NCBI GenBank assembly: GCA_040954595.2
Contig: CM082579.2
Location: 2,968,345-3,032,344, forward strand
Origin: Balanoglossus misakiensis
Lineage: Eukaryota; Animalia; Hemichordata
Reading direction: 5' to 3'
DNA: 64,000 bases
Shown here: piece after piece, positions 53,601 through 64,000 of the stretch
How the letters are laid out: each line of letters begins with the position of its first letter
Position numbering within the stretch: the first letter of the stretch is position 1
The notes under the pieces: model-generated
The model's input: the letters and a program-made list of their open reading frames with translations, nothing else
Databases searched by the model: none
Told to the model about the DNA's origin: nothing
Program-made: the position numbers and the translations under genes

Positions 53601-56177
53601 TCATCCACAGCGTGTTTAGCCGAAGCCAGGTCAGTGGCAAGCGCCAGCGCCTCTGCGAATGTGGGTGACATCTGTGAAAACAGATCCCCATTGTCTATAG
53701 TGGTGTTACGACAATCAACACCCGGAGACTTTAGTTCAACTGCACTGACAGAAGATGGCTGGACAGTTCTGTTTCCCTGCGGTAAATGTTCGTGAGTTTC
53801 AGCTGCATCGGTTTCTGTTTCAGGTTTGCAATTGGCACTATTGTCTGAGATTTTTGCATTTGATTTCTGACCAGCAGAAATCTGTTCATGACAAATGCTT
53901 CCTTTACAAATGAAGGGACTATCGATTTCTTCATTGGCTTGGTCGATGACAGGATGACTGTCCTCTCTACTATTCACATTTTCATTGTCTTTGATAAGCA
54001 TTTCCTTACTCTCTTTTTCCCCAGCCAATGTCCTGTTGCCTTTACCTGCTGGGGGAGTGTCAAACAGGAATGCCAAAGTTTCTGCAATGTTCGAACTATT
54101 GCCCGGTGACGATTCAAAGTTTGTCTTTGGTTTTGCATCAAGTTTGCCAGCACCACCAAGTTGTGGGGACACACCACGTAATGTGACTTGTTTTCCATCA
54201 GCTTGGGGAGAATCACAGTTTGACGTGTCTGGTTTCAGTGCAGGCTGAGGAGACATTTTGGTTAATGTCTTTAGCTTTTCAGTGAGCTGAGGTGACTCAA
54301 CAATTTTAATATTTTTAGGAGTAATCTGAGGCGATTTGGTGGTTGTTGCATTGGCTTCTACAGGCTGGCATGGATCAACAACACTATTCCTTGTACTTTG
54401 CTTGGCACTGTCTATGAAAGAACTGCCCTTTGCAAAGTTGTTGTTGTTATTAGCATTATCAGAATTCGGTGACACTTGGATGTTGCTGTTTAGCCCGTCA
54501 AAAGTAGGCACATTTTCCTTCAGTTCATTCTTTACCTTATCAAGCGTTACACCTTCTCTGCCATCCCCACACTTATCCACACTGTCAGTCGGCCTACCGG
54601 CTTTATTCTTTCTTTCGACATCCAGGACTAACACATAGTTGTCACTGGATTCCGTATCTGGCATCCTGGCTAGAGGAGGCGACTCTTGCGAGTTGGTCGT
54701 GGCATCCGCAGAGGCGACTTTATTCGTTGGGCCTTCATGCATCGTGTCAATGCCGCTCTCATCCTCAGCATCACAATTACCATCGGCCTGATCGCCAGTG
54801 AACAGTGCTCTTGCAGTGACCTGTGCAATGAAGAAATACACAGCGAGATTACGGCAAAGTTTACCAAAGAATTTCAAATCCAGGGGGTGGAAACGTACGG
54901 TGTATGAATTGCAAGAGGACTTAATTAAAGGTTATTAAAAAACTTCCAGTGGTACAACTGGACAGACATGCAGGGTAATTACATGGAAGGATTTTCATTA
55001 CACTGACCTGTCCCTTTGTGCATTCTTCATCTTCCAAGCTTTGATCACTTTTCTCTGCACTGAAATCCAGCCTTTTCTTTTCGCTTGATGAGGCTGGTGG
55101 TGTTGCCAGTGAACTGGTCCATGATATGTTGGATACGTCCAAGTCTGCACCGAGACTGAGAGATAGTCTTTGGGGGGTCTTCTGTGGAGAATGGTCAAAA
55201 TAATTAAATAATGGAAAGTCCAACTCTGGACACAAAAGATGCAGGTTAAGTTTCACAACAGGGGGGTAAGTAAATTTCAAGTATGCACCCAGTGTCCCTT
55301 ACTTTATCAGAAGCTGGAGTGGTGAATGATTTGCTCCATCGGGACCTCGTCAGGGTCTGCGGTGTTTTGAACAGTCTCTTCATGAACACCGGCGTGCCAT
55401 CATCAGCATGGGTAGGATTCCAGGACGGAAAGGGACTGAAACACGGCGAGGGCTGGCCAACGCTGCCGGCCATTGACACCTGTGATATCGCAGTGGCTTG
55501 GTTTGGTGTGATCACGCTGCATGCTGGTGTTGGTGGGCTTTGACCTGCAGATTTTAGTGATATGCCGGTGAATGAAAACAGACTCCCATAGGGGTAAATT
55601 ATAAAAGTTATCACAGGGGACAGCTAGCTTTATTGCAATGGTGGTATGGCTTGGCACAGCCAAGTGTGTATTATCAATTGATGGAGAGAATGGACTATTG
55701 TATTTACTCACCTATATTTCTTTGAGGTCTGTATCCAAGGGGTGTTGTCCACTCATCTTGGATGACGGTTCTGTGCACCTTCTTTCTGTTGCTGACAGAG
55801 ATCTCATTGTCTTCTGGGCTGAACAGAAGTGGTGACGGCGCAAAGAGCTTGCTTCTCTTCTCGCGATGCAGCGGAGTTACGAATGAACTCTCAGTCCCGT
55901 GTCCTTGTTTCCGTGGCGATACATCATCGCCCACCAGTAACCGTGGCGACGCATCTCTTGTGTTCTCACTCTCACACACTCTGAGTCTGTTACGGAACCA
56001 ACCCTCATCCACAGGACCCAGCTTTAGTAAAGTGTCAGAGTCAACAAGAGATGACAGAGTTGTTGCTTTGGGGGCTTTCTCCAGCCTTCTGAGGTTAAAT
56101 TCCAAGCTGGTCTGATTTTTCTGTACCGGGCATGTCTTTGTTGTATACACATATCCATCTGTGGACAATGACTTCAT
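41626..56177 (-). CDS. BRCA2: BRCA2 orthologue, 21 coding exons, about 3740 aa
   Basis: Exons (all GT-AG, phases consistent, sum 11223 nt): 55712-56177, 55303-55544, 55008-55181, 52960-54820, 48393-52772, 48150-48239, 47470-48005, 47242-47358, 46864-47051, 46601-46729, 46296-46509, 45842-46021, 45547-45726, 45212-45368, 44988-45109, 44660-44779, 44354-44529, 44006-44212, 43728-43809, 43289-43471, 41626-43044. Motifs: PALB2-binding LGPVDEGWF; [15 protein letters not shown]; BRC repeats; helical domain [17 protein letters not shown]; [12 protein letters not shown]; OB1 LELTDGWY and ANSTRRA; tower; OB2 IWRP; OB3 EVDVVG and IKFW; C-terminal [11 protein letters not shown]...FRPP. Confidence 0.96.
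48393..52772 (-). CDS. BRCA2: BRCA2 giant exon (exon-11 equivalent) carrying the BRC repeat array
   Basis: 4380-nt exon within the 1521-aa ORF, with repeated F-x-[TS]-A-S-G-K-x-[VI]-x-[VI]-S-x-x-[AS]-[LM]-x-K-A units. Confidence 0.96.
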
Positions 56178-56841
56178 AATCTGTCACAGTCAAGAAAACC
56201 TCAGGGAAATATTCTGTGAATACCAAAGAAAAAGATTCAGATTTAAAGAATCAAGGAATCTTTAAATCTCTTTTTTACTGTCTATTATTGTGCAAAAGAT
56301 TCACAATACTTCAACAAATGCAGGTAGAAGCCTTTATACCCATTGCACCATGGAGATAGAGCTCACTAAAAGTCTAAAAGGATAGTTATTAATTTATTAT
56401 ACCTTATATTTATTTTTATTATAATAAACATACACACTACAAACAAGGAGGAAGAGCTAGAGCTCCCTCTGGTGGTCACTACAAAGTAACACGGAGGAAG
56501 AGCTGTCGTCTGTACACGGCTGCCTGCCATATGCAAATCGCATTTTCATTAACACTTCCATGATTGTTCAATTTTCACACCTCTACTCTTTTGTTTTCTG
56601 GTACACCTGCTCCTGGACATTTTATCACTCTGAATATCCCATGATTCTCTGCCTTCTCGTTCATTCCACGCTTGCATCTGACGAGGGAGACCACGTCTCC
56701 GAAAGCTCTAGCTGTCGAACCAGTGTTCTTACACTGCAGTGCTGTCAAAACACCCGTTCTTATTGCAACTACATTGTACATGTACTGCAGAGAATTCGTG
56801 ATTTGATAAGCCTACGAAATATATTGTCCGCGTTGACTTAC

Positions 56842-56960
56842 CATTCATGAAACAGACCTTGTGCCACAGACTGTTTAATTATCAAAATGCAATCACCAAG
56901 ACAGCGCTCCATAGACTTCAATATTAGCGATAGGAGGTCGCCATTTTGTTTATCCCGCCT
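56842..56960 (-). promoter_or_regulatory. Probable BRCA2 first exon/TSS region
   Basis: The exon holding ATG 56177 has an acceptor at 56181, so an upstream exon is likely. Donor ATG|GTAAGT at 56842/56841 has an ATG in frame with the CDS. YY1-type AAAATGGCG at 56939-56947; CpGs reappear here. Confidence 0.45.
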
Positions 56961-58652
56961 TAGCTGAGGATCACGGGAGGGACAAACTATATATTATGAT
57001 GCACATATCTAGCAGAAGGACTGTGATCTGATGGTGGAATTTGAGCCGCAGATATCTGGGTTAAAACAGCACGATGGGTGCGATTACAGGTTAATATAGA
57101 AGCATCAGTGAATATGTCAATATCTTTGCTTCAGGAGGTGTACATACAATCAGTAACAGAGACGTCCCACACGTACAATAAAATACACTGTAATGGTTTC
57201 GCCCGAGAAACTTTACTGGTACCCACCATCGAAAGTAAAACTCAGGCTCGCGTTTTCATTGTTTCTCGTCGACTAACTGTGATTACGATAAGTACCTTCA
57301 ACTGTTCGGTGTCGAACCAAACGGAGCTCACACTCGACTGAAATAACAGCGGAGAAAACAGTGCCAGTTTTATCTTGCAGTGAGAGGGTGTGATTCGTTC
57401 CTGTTTTAAAACAAAGTTTGGACCCTGATTTGGCAGGCCCAGACACTTGTTCGAGTGTATGTAGGTGACACAGGAACCAGAGTTAAAACAACTACAGTCA
57501 AATCAACCGTCACCGGTAGGTTTTATCGTCTTCTGATCCTTACCATTATTAAGTCCAACATTATTGAATGTGACAAGTTAGATCTACGATTCGGAAACTG
57601 ATGATTCCAACAAATTACAAGACTTTCTTAGTGTTTACACACTGCATCCAACAGAAACGGGTTAAAATACCCCGGGGGTGTTTCTAAAATTCTTCAGAGG
57701 AAAAGAAATGGGTTCTATAAAAAGCAACTGCCTATACGATGAAAATACACACAAATGCTTATAATATTTATTTGTCAACGTCTTCTGAGGGAATAAGACA
57801 AATGAAATCTCCATCCTTATGCAAATGAGTAGTACCTGTTGAAGTGCGGATGAAAATGTCGGTGACGCAGAACGCAAAATATGTCAAACTTACGGGTATA
57901 ACAGTAAACACGGCACGGTGTGTGCACGTCAGAAGACAGAAAATTACGTAAGACTTTCTTTTTGACGGTGGTGGTTCATTGTATAAGTAACCTCGGCGCG
58001 TTGTGTTGTGTGTGCGAACCAACAGGGTCGACGCGACGGGCACGTTTTAATGATGTTTGCATCCAAATCGAAAAGCAAATTTCCTGTCACATTCGATTTT
58101 CCAGGGATATACCTTTTCTCGTGTAAATACACAAACATGCTTTTTTAATTAGCGGTGCACCGTCCAACGTATCCCCTTGACTCAGCCAATTGACGGAGGG
58201 TATCTTGCAAATTGGTCAAATGTAAGATAACACATAACCTATATAGCCCGATTTCTCAATTAAGTTATGACAACTATTGGTACGTATATTACGTAATCAA
58301 GTTGAAGTCATTACATTATACTGTGGCTACCTGCAACTATTAATCCCTTTTCAAGCAAAAACACTTATCTAACGCTAGACCAAAATCAACGTTCATGTCG
58401 GATTATTGCCATAATCCCTGTCGATGACCACTCTCTCCGCGTATTTGGTCCAAGTATATTTATTTTGCACTGTGCGCCATGGCAACCCTTTGTATGTATG
58501 TATAAAGTATGTACATATATGAAAGTGTTTGAAGTAACTATGTTTCATAAATGGAATGATTTCCTACAAACCCTTCTGTGACTAAATTTTCACGAACCAT
58601 TCTCCCATTTCTTCTCTTGATAGGAAAGACTCAAACGAATAAGACGTCAGCC

Positions 58653-61600
58653 ATGGCGTGTGACGAACTGGACAAGGCCTTTTTCACTGGCACTACTATG
58701 CACGGTGTTGGTCGGGTCGTGGAAAGATCTAGACTCGTCTTCAAGCTACTGTGGCTATTTCTTGTGCTTTCGTTGTCCGGGGTTTGTGTCTGGCAGATCA
58801 CAGACCGCGTTGTCGGTTTTACTCAGTTTCATTTTAATACGGAAATTACTTTGAGCTTTACCAGTACTATAGAATTCCCCGCTGTTACAATCTGCAATTT
58901 TAATAGGTAAAGTAAATGTTCTGTTTTGCTCTAGAGAGAGAGAGAGAGAGACGCAGTACAACCACCACATAGAAGGCTCACATATAGGAAAAACCGTTTT
59001 CCAAAATGATTATTAATTTATCGTCTAAACATGCTTCGTGTGTTGCACATGTCATTAAGGAGAACGACTGACTGTCACATAAAAACAATAAACTGGAAAA
59101 CACATGTTGCTTACACAACATTTACAACGTAAATCATCTATTTCAGATACTATAATTCTCATATGACTGAAGCTGATATACCAATCATGGCGCAGCTACT
59201 TTACGCCATGGATTATGAATACGACTACAGTTATGAAGACTACAGCAGTTTCGATTGGGATGGATGGTATTCGAACTTGTCATTATCATCTGATTACGAC
59301 TACGCCAACTTCACAAGACGAGCCAGTATGCATCTGGACAAGGACACTCTATTGTCTTGCGAATGGCGTGGTAGAAGCTCTTCTTGCTCGGCCAAAGTGA
59401 GTCACACTCCCTTCCATTTTTTAGAAAGTGTAATATTTTTTTAGATTGTAGAGGAATTAACAAAAGCACATCCAAAGCCAACAAATGCTTGTCAGTGTGT
59501 GTTGTACAAAAAGTTTGAAAAGAATTTCTCCAATGTCTCAAGCTATTTGAGCGTGAGATTTAAGCTTGTATCATTTTCCATTATTGACCATTTTAGAATT
59601 TCACACACGTCTTCACGTCCTACGGAAACTGTTACACGTTCAACGGAGGAGATGAATACATTTCACAGGATCAGCCTGGAGCAGGCAACGGATTGAGGGT
59701 ACTCATCAATATCCAACAGGTATTGCGTATTTCATGTCGATCGAATTAGAATCAGCTGTAGAGATGTTACTTCTGAAACTCTCTTTGTCTAGTGATATAT
59801 GAAGCACGCCATCGTACGATTGGTTTGACTTTCCGTCGCTTCCCACCATTAACTATAGTGATTGAACCTGCACAACATGAACGAAGAGCTTTGTTGTGTT
59901 TATCCCAGACTGTATACTTGCAACTTAACGTGCGTACGTGTGCGTCCTTTTCAGGAGGAGTACACGGAAACGGCAACAGGTAACGTGCAGGCCGGCATCA
60001 AATTCCTGGTCCACGACAAGAAGACGCCGCCGCTGATGGATTCCCAGGGCTCGGCGATATCTCCAGGAACCTACGCATTTGTAGCAGTACAGCAAATACG
60101 GGTAAGCATTTGTAATGAGAAGACATCGATAAGACAGTTTGGGTCTCCAAAGACGTATGAGACTGCCAGGGTCCGGAAGAGAGCAAAGCCTTGCTGGCAG
60201 ACTTTCCAAGAAAACTTGGAAAATGGAATCGAATGTGTTGACAGTACGATGTTGTATTAAGAGTGTAGTTTTCGTGTAAAGAAATGTCGTGTGGTTATCA
60301 GAGAGGCGCAAAAGTAAAATCTAGTTTCGAGGGTGTCTGTTGCTAAGTTGTTCGTTGATGGCGCTCCTCGGCTCACAGGGCAACCACGATGAACCAGTAA
60401 TAACAAATCTTTCCCTTCCAGACTCTCAACTTGCCACACCCTTATGGGACTTGTGTGAGCACACCCCTGGATTACTACGATGAATACTCGATATCCGCCT
60501 GCCTCATAGAGTGGAGAGTTGAAATCATCGAGAGGGAGTGCGGCTGTAAACCTTTCCGATTTCCAGGTCCCGCCAGGGATTGCACAGTTGTGGAGAGTGC
60601 AACTTGCGTTAAGGACGCTTTAGGTAATCAATCAATCAATCAAGCAAGCAAGCAATCAGTCAGTCAGTCAGTCAGCTATTCAATTAATCAATCAACACAC
60701 CAATTTACCGACCAACCCAACAAACCAACGAAGCCTGTCCTTTAGTTGCCAACAGCTTGTTGGAAAATGGTTGTTTGATCGCTCACTTTCCCTTCATTGT
60801 CAGGGAAAATTAAGAATGGGGATCATGGAAAGTCAGACTGTCCCGTGCCGTGCAACATGACGTCATTTCCGACTAGGGTGTCGTATGCAACCTATCCGAA
60901 TCAAGCTGTCACTTCTCAAATGGAGGCGTATTACAACATAACGGAAAGTTACGCACGGTACGTATATACATTGTACGCCTTTTCACAAACTTCATACGGG
61001 CCATATCCGAGCCAATATTACTGATTACACGTACTTGGGGTTTTCTTACACATTCTATGACAAGATATCCCACACGAACCCCATACCTGTGGATTCAAAC
61101 GCGAGATCAGTACTTTATGTATGAGCATGTCCTAGAAATAAAGCTGAAAAGAAAAATATCGTTCATGAAACATAGTGTACCGAAAAATGATTTGAAAAGA
61201 TGAAGTGTTCTGTTTTCTTTTTTTTTTCATTTTCAATGACAACTTTGTTGAATTTTATTAACAGCAATAACCTGGTATATTTAGATATATTCTACGATGA
61301 AATCAATTATGAAGAGTACAAACAGACACCAGCGATGACTCCGTCCGCTTTAGTCAGTAAGTGTGATGTAGATATGAAATAAAGCAAAACTGGTCATAAA
61401 ACAATGATGTGCTGTCGCACGACTGAATCGCTTCACTTTAGCTGCAGGGGGTGTCACTTTCATACACCAACTGTTGACGTATTTATCTTATAGGCCTAAT
61501 CTTGTGCGCACAATATAATTTATTGTTTTTTGCTTTATACAATATGGCATGGGTCACCCGAATACCACCGCTTTGACATTTACAGGTGACATCGGAGGTC

Positions 61601-61794
61601 AGATCGGATTCTTCCTGGGCGCGAGCGTCATCACACTGTGCGAATTCTTCGAGTATTTCATTATGAAGTGCCACCGAGCCCTGAGAGTTGAGAAAAAGAA
61701 AGTGGGAACCAGGAACAACGACACAGAAGAGAATAACGTCATTGCCAATGGAGACACCGAACTGGCCTTCAAACCTAGAGACGCATTCTCTTAA
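58653..61794 (+). CDS. DEG/ENaC (ASIC-like) ion channel subunit, 8 coding exons, about 476 aa
   Basis: Exons 58653-58906, 59147-59396, 59597-59719, 59955-60101, 60422-60623, 60804-60957, 61265-61356, 61586-61794 (1431 nt, phases consistent). Pre-TM1 TTMHG, TM1, FPAVTICNFN, YGNCYTFN, Cys-rich thumb, TM2 SDIGGQIGFFLGASVITLCE with GAS filter. Kozak gccATGG; an acceptor at 58622-58623 implies an upstream exon. Confidence 0.93.
60627..60730. repeat. Compound tetranucleotide repeat (ATCA/GCAA/GTCA/CCAA) in a channel intron
   Basis: aatcaatcaatcaagcaagcaagcaatcagtcagtcagtcag... Confidence 0.75.
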
Positions 61795-62116
61795 AAATAC
61801 GTAGTAATAAACATTTGACCAAACAAGCCATATTCCTTTGCGGCAAAGCTTTATTATTTATCTGATTAAAACTTGCATATGCACTCATACTTAGGGTTTA
61901 TAATACTTGTACATTAGTGCATACATCTGTATGGACTAATATTAGTACAGTTTGAAAATATATTTCATGACAATTTCGCAAAAGTTGCAGGACATAAGGG
62001 CTTTAATTTATGTGTTGATATTAAGCTTAGTATACTCAGTATTTCATTTATTTATAATACATGTACTGCATTTACGAATATTGAATGGCGTCAATCGGGC
62101 CTGGCCGCTAATTTAA

Positions 62117-62201
62117 CCCTTTCGCCGCCATGGTTTAGCCCAAACCCATTGTTTTCTATAGAAAAGTTGGACGTCTATACATGTAAATAGGGGTGAAAGG
62201 A
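62117..62201. mobile_element. Tiny piggyBac-like MITE remnant (about 85 bp)
   Basis: TTAA-CCCTTTCGCC ... GGTGAAAGGA-TTAA; 8/10 inverted match with a CCC terminus and TTAA flanks. Confidence 0.45.
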
Positions 62202-62205
62202 TTAA

Positions 62206-63191
62206 GGTAGTTGGAAAGGCTATTTTTGAAGCAAATTCTCTCAATGTTTGTGAATTTATTTTCACAAGTTAGAATAAAGATAATGACTTGAAATTTGCAG
62301 CATGTATTCTTAACAAACTCAAAAGTGAGGGAAAAATATGACTGTAAAAATACCTGCTAAAATTATGAAATTTGATACGCCTAAATATAAATATTCATAA
62401 TTTTACAAAATATTGATTGAATCTTGACATGTTTTCACAAATTATTGAATAATTTGTATTCATTTTAATATTAAGCAACCCCTCCAGCAATGTACGGGAC
62501 ACTTTCAGCATAAACTTATTTTTTTCAAAGTTATCACTCAGGAAAACACAGTTTTTGTTGATATTTTGTATACAACTTTAACGTGCTGCCAAAACACAAC
62601 GGGAAAACTTATGAAAAAACTGTCCCGTAAAATTGTTCTTTGGGATGTCCCGAGCCTTTCCTGAAAGTTTCATGATAAAAAAATTATCTGGCATACCAAT
62701 TCAATCACAAATAAAAACCATTACATTATGGCGAAGGGCAGAAAAAGAGCGAAATACGCAAAGTTTAGCGGCAGTTCACGGCGAAGGATCGCATTTATCT
62801 GGGTCAAACGCTTTTCCGCTGGCTTTTCGGGTTCCCTAGAAATGCAAAAATATCCATAATTTGGCAGCCTTTAATAAACAAGCAAGGTTATCTATCGTTG
62901 AAAATTGCAAGAATCAGTGTTTGCAAGTTACATTTAAATGCCCTTGGCTAGGGGAACCCGTCCTTGTGCGCATAGCCTAGGAGAAGTCTTCCCCTAGAGG
63001 GCGCTCACATAAGGCTCCCTAGCTTCCTTGCCAGATGTATGAAATTAGGTATAATAAAACCAGCCATATCTTGTTACACGTTTATTGCCCCGAATTTTTC
63101 ATGAGTTTAATTTTTCTCTAATACATTTCTAGATATAAATTCAGTGTTTTTAAATGAAATTTTAACTGACGCCCTAGCCTTTCCAACTACC
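62206..63191. mobile_element. Non-autonomous DNA transposon (Kolobok-like), 986 bp
   Basis: Perfect 17-bp TIRs GGTAGTTGGAAAGGCTA (62206-62222) and TAGCCTTTCCAACTACC (63175-63191), flanked by TTAA on both sides (62202-62205, 63192-63195). RR...YY termini with a TTAA TSD fit Kolobok; no transposase ORF. Confidence 0.8.
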
Positions 63192-64000
63192 TTAAATGTC
63201 GACTTTATAGGGAACTTTCATGGTCTCTATATTTAGATATCGTGGGCGCTAATACTTCATTATCTTAATTCAATCATGTAAATTATTATTAGTAAATAAA
63301 AAGGTTCTCAAAGAGCCAAAATGGGAAAGGGATATTTTCAAAATGTCGTTCGTATATATATTCTGCAACTCGCGCAGTTGAAGAAAACTTACCACGCAAG
63401 CGCAGCAGAACAATTCCCGGAGAATCTCCTGTAACCCAGATTCGTGACCCCGATTAAAGTTTTTTGCAAGGACACTCCGAAGACAATTATAAAATGATGA
63501 CATCTTCGTCAAAATACAAATACAAATTCACACAAATGTAATCCAATGTCTTGACAAATACAATGCCGTTCTAACTGAGTACAAATTGAACGTTGATCGA
63601 TACAGCTATGCTTTAACAAATATTAAAAATAATCTTTACCTTTATAATGCGACGGGGCCTGACGTAATCTGCTGTGGTCACCACGACAATTATCCTCTGT
63701 CCCGCAGAATTTTACAGTGGTTCAACCCAGACAGACTTAAAGAACTGAAGGCTTACTTCCTTCACTCCCAGTTCAACTGAAAGTAGGGGAAACGGTAGTT
63801 TTGCCTTTCACTTGTTGGAAGAGTACGTCGGTGTACACCACACGATTGCCACGGTCTGTCACAGGCGTTCGATCCGGAGTCAAGCGCTCACAATACCGAC
63901 GACGAACGAGATCAACCGCCAAGGTAAGTGCAAGTGTTTGAAAACTTCGGACGAGTACCTGTAGCTCTATCATATTGGTCAAAATGTCACGATATAAATC

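Noticed and set aside
41600-56200. Plus-strand ORFs overlapping BRCA2 (e.g. 43689..44306, 52160..52600)
   Set aside because: Antisense shadows of real exons.
21789-57825. Scattered octamer (ATGCAAAT) motifs
   Set aside because: They also occur in BRCA2 introns and near the channel gene, so there is no ParaHox-specific clustering.
1-64000. tRNA, rRNA or miRNA genes
   Set aside because: No convincing cloverleaf, rRNA signature or long hairpin seen by eye; Infernal and tRNAscan-SE would be needed to exclude them.

Overview
Eukaryotic (invertebrate, probably deuterostome) genomic DNA with spliceosomal GT-AG introns; no prokaryotic, CRISPR or viral system. From left to right the window holds: (1) coding exon 1 of the ParaHox gene Xlox/Pdx (minus strand; homeobox exon lies left of the window); (2) about 21.6 kb of gene-free, CpG-rich, motif-dense DNA; (3) the complete two-exon ParaHox gene Gsx (minus, about 269 aa), giving the Gsx->Xlox order and orientation of an intact ParaHox cluster; (4) about 13.8 kb of Gsx upstream DNA; (5) a complete BRCA2 orthologue (minus, 21 coding exons, about 3740 aa, about 16 BRC repeats); (6) a divergent 8-exon DEG/ENaC/ASIC-family channel gene (plus, about 476 aa); (7) two abutting TTAA-flanked non-autonomous DNA transposons. 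Most notable: BRCA2 as the direct neighbour of the ParaHox cluster, a doubled two-block BRC array, a shifted CDK site in the BRCA2 C-terminal motif, paired loss of a thumb disulfide in the channel, a sharp CpG mosaic, and several candidate ParaHox cis-elements. Gene models were read by hand (splice phases and total lengths are consistent); regulatory calls are motif inferences only.
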